A stretch of DNA of 64,000 nucleotides from Capsulimonadaceae bacterium (GTDB lineage Bacteria; Armatimonadota; Armatimonadia; Armatimonadales; Capsulimonadaceae), in contig OZ244065.1 in assembly GCA_965215505.1 (NCBI GenBank), positions 2,112,001 to 2,176,000 of the forward strand. Reading direction: 5' to 3'. Positions 8,687-18,348 of this stretch are shown piece after piece; position 1 is the first letter of the stretch; every line of letters begins with the position of its first letter. The notes under the pieces are model-generated. The model worked only from the letters and a program-made list of their open reading frames with translations. It was not told the DNA's origin and did no database searches. Both the position numbers and the translations under genes were made by a program.

Positions 8687-10796
8687 TTGATTTCTCCAAG
8701 AACAGCCCGTGCAGCAGGGAAAGCACGAGACATTGCAGCATCAAAATCGCCGCGACGATCCCCGAGTCGTTGAACAGCACCGCCACCACGCACCCCCACA
8801 ACCCCGCACCCCAGACGGCCTCGAAACGCTTGTGTCGCGCCAGATACGCCGCGACCTGCTCCCACAGGAACCGCCGGGCCGCCAGCCAGAGCAGCCCGAA
8901 AGCCAGCAGCCCCAGCAGCGTCCCCGGATGCAGCGCGACCCGCGCGGCCAGCCCGATCTTCCGCAGGCTGACCCCGACGATATATCCGAAACGCCCCTGC
9001 CCCAGCGCGCCCACCGCCGTCTCCAGGTGCGTCCGCCGCAGGTGCAGGACGTGGCTGAGTATTGCCCACGCGAAGACCAGAGCAAACCCGGCGATGATGC
9101 TGCCGACCAGGTGCTTCCAGCCGACCGGCTTTCCCTGGAGCCGCCGCCAGGCGACAACGAATGTTGCCGTCGCCGTGACCGCCCCGCCCGCCTTCGCCCC
9201 GAACGAGGGGAAGGACAGGACAAAGACGGCAAGGGCGAGCCACGACAAAATCGTCGCCGACCGTAGGGGCGAACCTTGTGTTCGCCCTTCCTCTCCCGCT
9301 CGCCCTTCCTCACCCCTGGTTCCCAGCGCGCACGCCAGCAGCGCCCCGCCGATCAAGACGCCCATGTACTCATTGCCGATGCCGTAAAACCGAATGCCGG
9401 CCAGCGCGTACTCGCTCAAGGCCGAATTGGAGATCAGCGTCGTCCCCGTCAGCCCGTCCCCGATGATGACAAGAGCCGTCAGGGCGCAGATCAGCGGCGG
9501 CGAAGGCAGCAGGGCCAGCAGGCAAGTCAGCCCGGCGAAGACGGCGACATACGCACGGACGGTGTGGATGTCGGCCAGCGGCGCGAGCAAGAGCGACAGC
9601 GGCCAGGCCGAAACGACGCGCAGGCCGTAGCGAGCCACCTTGCCGGGCAGGCCGCCCATGCGCCCGGCGAGGTAGAGGCCCAGGTTTCCAAAGACGAGGA
9701 GGGCCGCGCCCAGACCGACCGCCCAGAAGATCGGGTTCTGCGCCTGCTGATTCAGCCGCGTCAGGCGGTCCATGCCCACTAGACTTTCGCCGGGGAGGGC
9801 CGTCACAGTGACAGCGGCCCCGGTCATCTGGAGCGGCGCGGGGATGTCTAGCCTGGCCAGAACCGTCGGCGCGATGTCCCGCGCAGCGATCAGCCCGCGC
9901 GTCTGCGTCGTGTCCGAGGTCAGGGTCGCCAGTGCGTGAGGGTCGGTGGCGACAAACGGCGTCAGGCTGTCCCAGCCTCCCGCCGCCGTGAGGGGCGGCG
10001 TGGGGACGACGACGAACACCTGCCCTCGGAAGCCATCCAGGACATGTCCTATATAGCCGTCCAGCCGATGCAGGGCACGGTCCCGGTGGCCTTCGTAGGC
10101 GGCGGGCAGCAGGACCCCCCGCTGGTTCTCCCGTTCGGCGCGGGCGAAGTCGCCGAACTGAACGGCGACCAGGTCACAGGTACGGAACGCCGCCAACGTC
10201 GCCGCCCATAGTTTCGCCGGGTCCGTGCGCCTGCCGCCCGGCGCGGCCGGGTCAGCGACCGTGCCGTCCGAGACGACATCCGGGGCGGGCACGAATAGGA
10301 GTGCAGGGCGATAAGGACCCGTGTCATCCCCATCGGCGTCGCCGATCAGCGCCGTGCGGACACCAGCCCGGCGCAGGGTATCGGCCATGCGGCCCTGAGA
10401 GACATCCCCCACGCGCACCGTGTCGCCTGCGCCTAAAGTCGCATAGACGTTGGCAACGGGGTCAGGCTTCTGCGCGAGGCCGGGCGACATCAGGGCGAGG
10501 ACGCCCCCGTACTCCATCCGATGCAGGTTCGGCAGGCCGGGGCGAAGCACGTCGTTCAGCGTCAAGTGGTCGGCGAGGATGACGAGGACCTGCGGGCGGG
10601 CGTCGGCAGGCACCGGAAAGAGGCACAGGAACGAAAGAAGCAGGAAGAGCGGGAGGGGACAAAGCGGGAGAGGATGAAGAGGGCGGGGGGACCCCGCCCC
10701 TACATGACGTCGCGTAGGGGCGGGGTCCCCCCGCCCTTCCCCCGTATCCGTTCCTATCCGGCTCCCCCAGAATTGGGGGCGAGAGGGGCCGTTCAC
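8667..10796 (-). CDS. Membrane protein with an extracytoplasmic alkaline-phosphatase-like domain and a multi-TM C-terminus
   Basis: Signal-like segment, DIAPTVL, GIRFYGIGNE, NDSG and many hydrophobic helices. Confidence 0.7.
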   Translation of the reverse strand: MNGPSRPQFWGSRIGTDTGEGRGDPAPTRRHVGAGSPRPLHPLPLCPLPLFLLLSFLCLFPVPADARPQVLVILADHLTLNDVLRPGLPNLHRMEYGGVLALMSPGLAQKPDPVANVYATLGAGDTVRVGDVSQGRMADTLRRAGVRTALIGDADGDDTGPYRPALLFVPAPDVVSDGTVADPAAPGGRRTDPAKLWAATLAAFRTCDLVAVQFGDFARAERENQRGVLLPAAYEGHRDRALHRLDGYIGHVLDGFRGQVFVVVPTPPLTAAGGWDSLTPFVATDPHALATLTSDTTQTRGLIAARDIAPTVLARLDIPAPLQMTGAAVTVTALPGESLVGMDRLTRLNQQAQNPIFWAVGLGAALLVFGNLGLYLAGRMGGLPGKVARYGLRVVSAWPLSLLLAPLADIHTVRAYVAVFAGLTCLLALLPSPPLICALTALVIIGDGLTGTTLISNSALSEYALAGIRFYGIGNEYMGVLIGGALLACALGTRGEEGRAGEEGRTQGSPLRSATILSWLALAVFVLSFPSFGAKAGGAVTATATFVVAWRRLQGKPVGWKHLVGSIIAGFALVFAWAILSHVLHLRRTHLETAVGALGQGRFGYIVGVSLRKIGLAARVALHPGTLLGLLAFGLLWLAARRFLWEQVAAYLARHKRFEAVWGAGLWGCVVAVLFNDSGIVAAILMLQCLVLSLLHGLFLEKSNAPARA
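9263..9288 (+). repeat. GTAG-type REP inside a CDS
   Basis: GTAGGGGCGAACCTTGTGTTCGCCCT, identical to the intergenic copy at 18218-18243. Confidence 0.8.
10680..10737. repeat. GTAG-type REP doublet
   Basis: AGGGCGGGGGGACCCCGCCCCTAC followed by GTAGGGGCGGGGTCCCCCCGCCCT. Confidence 0.75.
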
Positions 10797-13417
10797 GCCC
10801 CGCCCGTCTCACCGACCAGCCGCTCCGCCGCCGCCAGCGCCTCGGCCAGCTTTGCGGGGTCCTTGCCGCCCGCCTGCGCGAAGTCGGGACGCCCGCCGCC
10901 GCCGCCGCCCGCGACCCGCGCGGCCTCCTTGACGATGTTCCCGGCGTGCAGGCCGCGCGCCACCAAATCTTTGCTGACCTTGACGGCCAGGGACACCTTG
11001 CCGCCGCCCGCGCCGCCCAAGATCGCGACGCCGGACCCGAGACGGCTCACCGTCTCCTCCGCCAGTGTTCGCAGGGTGTCCGCGTCCGCCCCGTCACCGA
11101 GGGCGTGGACGACGAGAGAGAAGCCGTGGACTGTCTTGGCGTTCGCCGTGAGCTGTTCCACCTGCCCGCCCGCCGCCGCCTTTTGCAGCACGGCCAGTTC
11201 TTTTTCCTTCAAGCGCAGTTCCGCCTGGAGCTTTTCCACCGAGGCAGGCGCGGATGTCAGCGAGGTCTTCAAAGTCTGCGCGATGTCGCCGAGCAGCCGC
11301 TCCTGGTCCAGCGTCCGCATCAGGGCGGGCTTGCCGGTCACGGCCTCAATGCGCCGGACACCTGCCTGGCTGCTGCCCTCGGAGACGATCTTGAACAGGC
11401 CCGCCTGGGAGGTGTGCCGCAGGTGGGTCCCGCCGCAGAACTCCAGGCTGAAGTCGCCGGCTTCCACGACGCGGACCACGTCGCCGTACTTTTCGCCGAA
11501 CAGCATGGTCGCGCCCATCTGCTTGGCGTCCTCGATCGGCTTCTCGAATGTCTGCACGGGCAGGTCGTCCAAAATCTTCTCGTTGACGATGCCCTCCACC
11601 TGCCGGGCCTCGTCGCGCGTCATCGCCTTGTCGTGCGAGAAGTCGAAGCGCAGCCTGTCGGGGGCGACAAGCGAGCCGCGCTGCTGGACGTGCGGCCCCA
11701 GGACGATCTGCAAGGCCTTGTGCAGCAGGTGCGTCGTCGTGTGGTTGCGCTGGATGTTGGACCGGCGGCCCGCGTCTATCTCCGCATCTACAGTTTCGCC
11801 GACGCGAAGCTCGCCCGCCGCGATTGTCGCCGTGTGGAACCAGTAGCCGCTGTCCTTCTGCGTGTCCGAGACGTCCGCCGCGCCGTCGTCCCCGTGCAGG
11901 CGGCCCGTGTCGCCCACCTGGCCGCCCGCCTCGGCGTAGAACGGCGTCTGGTCCAGGACGACCTGCACCGTCTCGCCTTCCCCGGCCCGCTCGACGAGTT
12001 GACCGCCTTTGAGGATGGCGACGATCTGCCCGCGCGTCATCGGCTCGGAGTAGCCGACGAACAGCGTTTTGACGGTGTCCCGCTCGCGCAGGGCGGGCAC
12101 TACATTGTCGGCGAACGGCTCGCGCTGCTTGCCGCCCTCCGACGTGATTAAATGCTGTTGCCAGAGTTCTTCATAGCGCGCCATGTCCACGGTCGCGCCT
12201 GCCTCGCCGGCAAGCTCGGTCGTCATCTCGGCGGGGAAGCCGTAGGTCGTGAACAGGATGAAGGCGTCATCGCCCGTGACCGCTTTGGACTGCTTCACGG
12301 CTTCGCTGTCCAGGATGGACTGGAGCCGCGCCGTGCCGGCCTCCAGGGTGCGCCGGAACTGACGTTCTTCAATGGTCGCGTAGCGCAGGAGGGTGTCGCG
12401 CCGGGCCTCCAGGTCGGGATAATCGGCCTTGCGGTGGTCAATGACCGTCGGCAGCAGGACGTCCAGGAACGGCTTGTCCAGGCCCAAAATGTTGCGGCCC
12501 GCCAGGATCGCCCGGCGCATGACGCGGCGCAAAACGTAGCCCTGGCCGACGTTGGAGGGCAGGATGCCGTCGGCGAGGCAGAAGGCGGTCGCGCGGGCGT
12601 GGTCGGCCACGCGCCGGAAGGCGATGTCCTTCTTGTCGTCGTCCCTGCTGGTATAGATCAGCCCAGACAGCTCTTCCAGGCGGCGGATGATCGGCGTGAA
12701 CAGGTCAGTCTCGAACGGGCCGCGCAGGTTCGCCAGGGCGGCGGCCGTGCGCTCCAGCCCCATGCCCGTGTCAATGTTGCGCTTGGGCAGGGGGTTCAGG
12801 TCGCCTTTGTCGTCCCGGTCGTAGGTCATGAAGACCAGGTTCCAGATCTCCAGCCAACGCTTGTCGTCCCACACGCCGTCGGGCGTCGGCGGCAGGTCGG
12901 GCTGCGTGTCCCAGAAGATCTCCGAGTCAGGTCCGCAGGGCCCGGTCGGGCCGACGAACCAGTAGTTGTCCTCGACGCCCATGCGGAAGATCTTGTTTGC
13001 CGGCATTCCGCAGGCCCGCCACAGGTCGAACGCCTCATCGTCGTCGTTGTAGATCGTGACCCGGATGCGCCCGATGTCCACCTTCAGCACGTCGAACAGG
13101 AACTCCCAGGCGTACTGGATGGCCTCGGCCTTGAAGTAGTCGCCGAACGAGAAGTTGCCCAGCATCTCGAAGAAGGTGCAGTGGGAGGTGTCCCCGACTT
13201 CTTCAATGTCCGTCGTGCGGAAGCACTTCTGCACGGTGGCGGCGCGGGAGGCGGGCGGCGTCTCCAGGCCCAGGAAGTACGGCTTGAACTGGACCATGCC
13301 GGCGTTGGTGAACAGCAGCGTGGGGTCATTGGGCACGAGCGAGGAGGAGGCGATCTGCTTTGACCCCTTGCTGATGAAAAACTCGATGTATTGGCGGCGC
13401 AGTTCGCTGGCGAGCAT
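10793..13417 (-). CDS. alaS: Alanine--tRNA ligase
   Basis: Motifs DPTLLFTNAGMVQFK, HCTFFEMLGNFSFGDYFK, HTTTHLLH, EFCGGTH and GGGGGRPDFAQAGG; ATG at 13417 follows a TG-TATAAT promoter. Confidence 0.97.
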   Translation of the reverse strand: MLASELRRQYIEFFISKGSKQIASSSLVPNDPTLLFTNAGMVQFKPYFLGLETPPASRAATVQKCFRTTDIEEVGDTSHCTFFEMLGNFSFGDYFKAEAIQYAWEFLFDVLKVDIGRIRVTIYNDDDEAFDLWRACGMPANKIFRMGVEDNYWFVGPTGPCGPDSEIFWDTQPDLPPTPDGVWDDKRWLEIWNLVFMTYDRDDKGDLNPLPKRNIDTGMGLERTAAALANLRGPFETDLFTPIIRRLEELSGLIYTSRDDDKKDIAFRRVADHARATAFCLADGILPSNVGQGYVLRRVMRRAILAGRNILGLDKPFLDVLLPTVIDHRKADYPDLEARRDTLLRYATIEERQFRRTLEAGTARLQSILDSEAVKQSKAVTGDDAFILFTTYGFPAEMTTELAGEAGATVDMARYEELWQQHLITSEGGKQREPFADNVVPALRERDTVKTLFVGYSEPMTRGQIVAILKGGQLVERAGEGETVQVVLDQTPFYAEAGGQVGDTGRLHGDDGAADVSDTQKDSGYWFHTATIAAGELRVGETVDAEIDAGRRSNIQRNHTTTHLLHKALQIVLGPHVQQRGSLVAPDRLRFDFSHDKAMTRDEARQVEGIVNEKILDDLPVQTFEKPIEDAKQMGATMLFGEKYGDVVRVVEAGDFSLEFCGGTHLRHTSQAGLFKIVSEGSSQAGVRRIEAVTGKPALMRTLDQERLLGDIAQTLKTSLTSAPASVEKLQAELRLKEKELAVLQKAAAGGQVEQLTANAKTVHGFSLVVHALGDGADADTLRTLAEETVSRLGSGVAILGGAGGGKVSLAVKVSKDLVARGLHAGNIVKEAARVAGGGGGGRPDFAQAGGKDPAKLAEALAAAERLVGETGGA

Positions 13418-13457
13418 GAGAAAGTCTCCGGTGGCTAGATGGGATATATTATAGCAC

Positions 13458-13486
13458 AAAAGCCCCGGCCTCCGGGCGGGGGCCGG
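13458..13486 (-). terminator. Intrinsic terminator closing the candidate ncRNA
   Basis: CCCGGCCCCC-GCC-CGGAGGCCGGGG followed by CTTTT on the minus strand. Confidence 0.6.
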
Positions 13487-13487
13487 G

Positions 13488-13652
13488 ACGGCTGTGTTCT
13501 CCGGGCGCGTCTCGTCTCCCCGGAGTTTACAGATAGGTTACAGTCTCTTCAGTGGGCGCTGCCGCCGGTCTGGTGTTCGGCGGGCATCGCGCCTCTCAGT
13601 GATAGACATATGAACGAAACGTAGCGCCGAATCAGAAGGTTTTTTACGCCGT
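13488..13652 (-). ncRNA. Candidate rod-shaped ncRNA, possibly 6S RNA
   Basis: Nested end-to-end pairing (ACGGC/GCCGT, TTCT/AGAA, CGTTTCGTT/GACGAGACG, GGCGC/GCGCC, CCGCCG/CGGCGG). G-U pairs favour the minus strand; TTGACA lies upstream and a terminator downstream. Confidence 0.45.
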
Positions 13653-13744
13653 GTCACACCCTGACAGCCAGCCAAATGTATGTCAAGACGCGCGTTTGAC
13701 TTTCCCGATTTTCATGTATAATCAGGGTGTTGAAAGGGACGATC

Positions 13745-14131
13745 ATGTCTGAAAAAGAGGTGGCCCAAAGCTTCATCGAGGCACTGCGGGCGCTGGAAGA
13801 CACCAAGGATGTCGGGCCGCTGTCGGCCCTCTACACGGACGCTGCGCTGGTAGGCAACCTCATCGCGCCGGACCGGTTCCATGGCAAGGACGGCGCGCGC
13901 GAGTTCTGGGCCGAATACCGGGGGACGTTCGACAAAGCGGAGTCTACGTTCAGCAACGTCATCGCCGGCGAAGGCAGCGCGGCTTTGGAGTGGACGACGG
14001 AGGGCACCAGCTTTGAGGGTCAGCCGTTCCGCTATGCGGGCGTCACCATCCTGGAGATCGAGGGGGACCTCGTCTCGCGCTCGTCGGCCTATTTCGACCC
14101 CAAGGCGCTAGGTCGGCAAATCAAAGAGTAA
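13745..14131 (+). CDS. SnoaL/NTF2-like protein
   Basis: About 128 aa with the LYTDAA, G.DGAREFW, AALEW, GVTIL and YFDP pattern; TATAAT promoter upstream. Confidence 0.8.
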   Translation: MSEKEVAQSFIEALRALEDTKDVGPLSALYTDAALVGNLIAPDRFHGKDGAREFWAEYRGTFDKAESTFSNVIAGEGSAALEWTTEGTSFEGQPFRYAGVTILEIEGDLVSRSSAYFDPKALGRQIKE

Positions 14132-14282
14132 GTCCGTACCAGAAGGGGCTTTCCCGAGAGTCCCTGGGCACACCTCCCGTGCCGTGTCACATGACACCCT
14201 CCCCAACCACTTGCCCCGTGAATGACGGGACATCGGCCCCGCCACCGGGGCAGCCACGCATCATAGAAAAGGAATTAGTCTC

Positions 14283-15155
14283 ATGTCCAATGACCTCCTG
14301 CACGATCCGGTCAGCCGGCGTGTCTTTCTGGCCCGCATGACGGCGGCCGGGCTGGGCACGGCAGCGGCCGCCCTGCTCGCCGGCTGCGGCGGCGGCGGCA
14401 GCAACAACAGCGGCGGCAGCGTCCTGAATCCCACCAGCGGCACCACGTTCGCCGACTCGGCAAACTTCCCCGGTGTCCCCGGCCAGACGGAGGACCTCGT
14501 CGTCCTCAACTTCGCCCTGACCCTGGAGACGCTGGAGGCGGACCTGTACCGCCAGGCCCTCAACGTCGCGGCGGGCCAGCCCATCGGTGCCCCCCTGCCG
14601 GCGACCAGCGCCAGCGCCTACACCCTGACCGCCCCCACGGGCACGCTGACCGCCCAGCAGGCGGCGGCGGGCTTCGCCTACTTGCAGCAGTATGCCTATG
14701 TGGAGGCCGCCCACCGCGACTTCCTGCGCGGGTTCATCCCGACCCTCGGCGGGACGCCCGTCCCGGCCAACCCGAAGGGCTACAGCGCGGCCTCAGCGGG
14801 GCTTGCACCCGGCGCGACCTTGCAGCAGCTCCTGAACGTCATTCTCATCGCCGAGGAGACCGGCGTGTCGGCGTACCTCGGCGCGGCGGGCTTCCTGACG
14901 GTCCCCCTGCTGGTCCAGGCGGCCTCCACGATCTACTCCACCGAGTCGCGGCATTCGGCCACCATCAACCTCGCCTTGGGCAACATCAGTCCGGGCGCGA
15001 CGGCGGCCCCTGGCCCGTCGGGTGCCTTCGGCGGCGCGCAGCCGACTGCCAACGTCAAGATCCCCGCCGGTGTGACCGTTCTCCCCGGAACCGCCGAGTT
15101 CGCCAAGACGCCGGCCCAGATCCTGGCCGCCGTCAAGCCGTTCTTCGTCATGTAA
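14283..15155 (+). CDS. Ferritin-like domain Tat lipoprotein
   Basis: SRRVFL twin-arginine motif, LAGC lipobox, LNFALTLETLEADLY, EAAH, EETGVSAY and ESRH. Confidence 0.85.
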   Translation: MSNDLLHDPVSRRVFLARMTAAGLGTAAAALLAGCGGGGSNNSGGSVLNPTSGTTFADSANFPGVPGQTEDLVVLNFALTLETLEADLYRQALNVAAGQPIGAPLPATSASAYTLTAPTGTLTAQQAAAGFAYLQQYAYVEAAHRDFLRGFIPTLGGTPVPANPKGYSAASAGLAPGATLQQLLNVILIAEETGVSAYLGAAGFLTVPLLVQAASTIYSTESRHSATINLALGNISPGATAAPGPSGAFGGAQPTANVKIPAGVTVLPGTAEFAKTPAQILAAVKPFFVM

Positions 15156-15182
15156 CCCATTCTTCAGAAAGGCATTCTTCCC

Positions 15183-16034
15183 ATGAGTGATAAGACTCTC
15201 ACCGGCGCAGCGCTGGCCGCGGCGGGAGTGGCCGCGGCCGGCCTCATGGCCGCCCGCCCCGCGCAGGCGTCCACGCCGACTACCCACGTCACGTTCTATT
15301 TCGCTACGCCCCCGGCGGCGACCGGCCCGAACGTGGTCCAGATCCCCAGCACGTCCACGAACTTCACGACCGCAAGCCCCGACGTCCAGATCCTGAACTT
15401 CGCTCTGGCCGTCGAAACCATCGAGGCCGAGCGGTATCGCCAGACCATCGCCCGCCTGACCGGCGGCGGCACCGACATGTTCGGCAACCCGATCGCGGGC
15501 CTGGGGCTGGACACCACCTCGCTGGATGTCCTGCTGGTCACCGGCTTCGCCCAGACGGAGATGCAGCAGCGCGACGTGCTCGCCACGACGCTCTACGGCA
15601 GCCCCGCCACCAACCCGTTCCTGGACCAGACCCAGTACAAGTTCGACTACGGCATCAACGGCCTGAGCCGGACGCTGGCCGTGACGGGCATCTACACGGC
15701 CGAAACCATCGGCGTCGCCGCCTACCTGGGCGGCTCGGGCCTGCTCTCCATCAAGTCGCCGTTCCTCGCTCCGGCGGCCTCGTTCCTCGGCGTCGAGGCC
15801 CGCCACGCGGCCGGACTGGCGTATGCCCTGAACGCCCTGAACGGCCCCACTATCCAGACCGCGCCGCTCGCGACCGACAAGAACACGATCGGCATCAACG
15901 GCGCAGACATGCCGCTGACGGCGGACCAGGTGCTGTACCAGGGCGGACAGGTCGCAGTCGGGCTGCTGCCCGCCACGGGCGGCGTGACGCCTCCCCAGTC
16001 GGGTCCGAACGGGTTCGTCTACCGGCCTTCGTAG
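15183..16034 (+). CDS. Ferritin-like domain exported protein
   Basis: Motifs LNFALAVETIEAERY, ETIGVAAYLG and EARH; paralogue of the upstream gene. Confidence 0.8.
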   Translation: MSDKTLTGAALAAAGVAAAGLMAARPAQASTPTTHVTFYFATPPAATGPNVVQIPSTSTNFTTASPDVQILNFALAVETIEAERYRQTIARLTGGGTDMFGNPIAGLGLDTTSLDVLLVTGFAQTEMQQRDVLATTLYGSPATNPFLDQTQYKFDYGINGLSRTLAVTGIYTAETIGVAAYLGGSGLLSIKSPFLAPAASFLGVEARHAAGLAYALNALNGPTIQTAPLATDKNTIGINGADMPLTADQVLYQGGQVAVGLLPATGGVTPPQSGPNGFVYRPS

Positions 16035-16060
16035 GCACAGACCGTTCGCGAGTGACACTT

Positions 16061-16093
16061 AAAGGGCCTGCCGTTCATCCGGCAGGCCCTTTT
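16061..16093 (+). terminator. Intrinsic terminator
   Basis: AAAGGGCCTGCCG-loop-CGGCAGGCCCTTTT. Confidence 0.75.
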
Positions 16094-16136
16094 CCTGTCA
16101 AAGCCTGTCCCGCGTGTGATATAATAGGGGCAGACC

Positions 16137-17393
16137 ATGCCCGAACACGCGACAACCGAATGTGTAAGAAGCACGCCGCCGACGATGGCGGAGGATGACG
16201 AACTGCGCCTGCTGCGCGCCCTGCTGCGCGCCTCGGATTACGGCGTCCTGCTCTCCGACGCGGACCGGCGCGACCGCATCGGCAACAAGCGGTTCTGCGA
16301 GCTGTTCGGGATGGACAGCCTGGACACCCTGCTGTCGCAGCCGGACTATGTCCGCCGCCAGCTCGTCGCACGCCTGAAGGACCCGGAGGGGTTCGTGCGG
16401 ACTCTGGACGAGATCTACGCGGACCCCAGGCGGGTCGTCGAGGACGAGGTGGAGCTGACCGCACCGCGCCCGCGCCTGCTGCGCCGCTACACCGCGCCCG
16501 TATTGGGCGACGACGGGGCCGTCATCGGCCGGCTGTGGACCTTCCTGGACATCACGCGCGCGCGCGGCATGGAGGACAAGATCCGCGCCCAGGCCGCCCA
16601 GCTCAAGGAGCAGTCCCGGCAGCTCGCTACGGCCCTCAAAACCGTGACCGGGCGGCTGGGCAAGGCCGAGAACACGCTGTCGCTGACACAGCAGCAGCTC
16701 TTTGAAACCGAGAAGCTTTCGGCAGTCGGCCTGCTGGCCGCCTCAGTCGCCCACGACATCCGCAACATCCTCACCCCGCTCTCCATCGAGATCGCCCTGG
16801 CCGACCAGGACGACCCGGCCGCCCGCGCCGAATCGCTGGACGCGATGCGGAGGCAGGTGGACGGCCTCGCCCTGCTGACCCACCGCCTGCTCGCCCTGGC
16901 CCGGCCCGACAAGGTCGAGCGGGCGCAGACGGACCTCGCCGCCCTGGCCGAGCGCATCACCCACCTCGTCCGGTCACAGGCCGCGCTGGAGAACGTCCGC
17001 ATCGTCATGGCCGTCTCCGCCGGCCTGCCGCCCGTCCGGGCCGACGGCGTCCAGATAGACCAGGTGCTGGTCAACCTCGTCCTGAACGCCGTCCAGGCCA
17101 TGCGCGCCGTCGGCGGCGGCACGCTGACTCTGGCCCTGGACCGGCACAAGGACGGCGCGCGCGTCCGCGTCTCCGACACGGGGCCGGGCATCCCGCCCGC
17201 CCACCGGAGCCGCCTGTTCGACCCGTTCTTCACCACCCGGCCCGACGGGGCGGGGCTGGGGCTGTTCTCCTGCCGGCGCATCGTCCAGGCGCACGGCGGC
17301 ACGATCGGGGTGCGCGCCCGGCCCGGTGGCGGGACGCAGTTCACGGTCTGGCTGCCGCGCACCCACTCCCCAGAAAGCGACACAACGCCATAG
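16137..17393 (+). CDS. Cytoplasmic PAS-domain sensor histidine kinase
   Basis: H box VAHDIRN, N box NLVLNA, DTGPGI, FDPFFTT and GAGLGL. Confidence 0.92.
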   Translation: MPEHATTECVRSTPPTMAEDDELRLLRALLRASDYGVLLSDADRRDRIGNKRFCELFGMDSLDTLLSQPDYVRRQLVARLKDPEGFVRTLDEIYADPRRVVEDEVELTAPRPRLLRRYTAPVLGDDGAVIGRLWTFLDITRARGMEDKIRAQAAQLKEQSRQLATALKTVTGRLGKAENTLSLTQQQLFETEKLSAVGLLAASVAHDIRNILTPLSIEIALADQDDPAARAESLDAMRRQVDGLALLTHRLLALARPDKVERAQTDLAALAERITHLVRSQAALENVRIVMAVSAGLPPVRADGVQIDQVLVNLVLNAVQAMRAVGGGTLTLALDRHKDGARVRVSDTGPGIPPAHRSRLFDPFFTTRPDGAGLGLFSCRRIVQAHGGTIGVRARPGGGTQFTVWLPRTHSPESDTTP

Positions 17394-18094
17394 CCGGAAA
17401 GATCCTGGTCGTTGAAGACGACCGCGCCATCGTCCAGTCCTTGATGCGCCTGCTGTCTCGCGACGGCTACTTCGTCCACGCCGTTCTCAGCGGTGAGGAG
17501 GCCGCCGCCCACCTGCGCGCGGACCCCTCCTACGACCTGGCCCTGCTGGACGTCGCGCTGCCGGGCATGGACGGCTTCGCCTGCTGCCGCGCCCTGCGGG
17601 AACAGGGCTGGCGTCGGCCGATCCTGATGCTGACCGGACGCGGGGCGGGCCAGGACAAGATCGCCGGGCTGTCCGCGGGCGCGGACGACTACATCACGAA
17701 GCCCTTCAACCCCGGCGAGCTGCTGGCCCGCATCGCGGCACACCTGCGCCGGACGCGCGAGTACGGTGCCCCCGAAGAAGACGCCCGCGAGATCGTGCTG
17801 GGGCCGGGCTTGACCCTGGATTTACGCACCCGCGACGCCGTCGTCAAAGGCGAACTGGCCCACCTGACGGACCGCGAGTATGAGGTCTTGCTCCTCCTCG
17901 CTCGCCAGAAGGGGACCGCGCTCGACAAGCTCTGGCTGTTCCAGCAGGTCTGGGGCAATGCTCCGGAGGAGGGCATCAAGGCGCTTGCCGTTTATATCCG
18001 CCGCCTCCGCCAGAAGATCGAGGAGGACGAGGACCACCCGCGCTACATCCAGACCGTGCGCGGCTTCGGGTACAAGCTGGTGCCGGGGGAGTAG
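17390..18094 (+). CDS. OmpR-family response regulator (probable ATA start)
   Basis: KILVVEDD lies upstream of the first canonical start; also LLDVALPGMDG, GADDYITKPF, and a winged helix with YIQTVRGFGY. Confidence 0.9.
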   Translation: MAGKILVVEDDRAIVQSLMRLLSRDGYFVHAVLSGEEAAAHLRADPSYDLALLDVALPGMDGFACCRALREQGWRRPILMLTGRGAGQDKIAGLSAGADDYITKPFNPGELLARIAAHLRRTREYGAPEEDAREIVLGPGLTLDLRTRDAVVKGELAHLTDREYEVLLLLARQKGTALDKLWLFQQVWGNAPEEGIKALAVYIRRLRQKIEEDEDHPRYIQTVRGFGYKLVPGE

Positions 18095-18117
18095 GGTCCT
18101 ACGGTTGGAGGGGCAGA

Positions 18118-18243
18118 CACGGACAAAAAAGGCGAACACGGACAAAAAAGGCGAACACAAGGTTCGCCCCTACATCCTAACCGCCGGTCCTGCCCACGCA
18201 TCCTGTCCGTCTGCCCCGTAGGGGCGAACCTTGTGTTCGCCCT
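18118..18243. repeat. GTAG REP cluster with a 19-bp duplication
   Basis: CACGGACAAAAAAGGCGAA x2; inverted REP at 18149-18173; direct REP at 18218-18243. Confidence 0.75.
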
Positions 18244-18348
18244 CCCTTGCACCCGCCCTCCCCCTCCCTATACCCGCGCCGCTTGGGAACTCCCCCACCC
18301 CCCGCCCTGTTTTATCAGCAACGACACATTTGGAACGGAGCGAGACTC

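Noticed and set aside
13440-13690. T-box or glycine riboswitch controlling alaS
   Set aside because: There is no GGTGGNACC T-box, glycine-aptamer similarity is only partial, and alaS has its own promoter after the terminator
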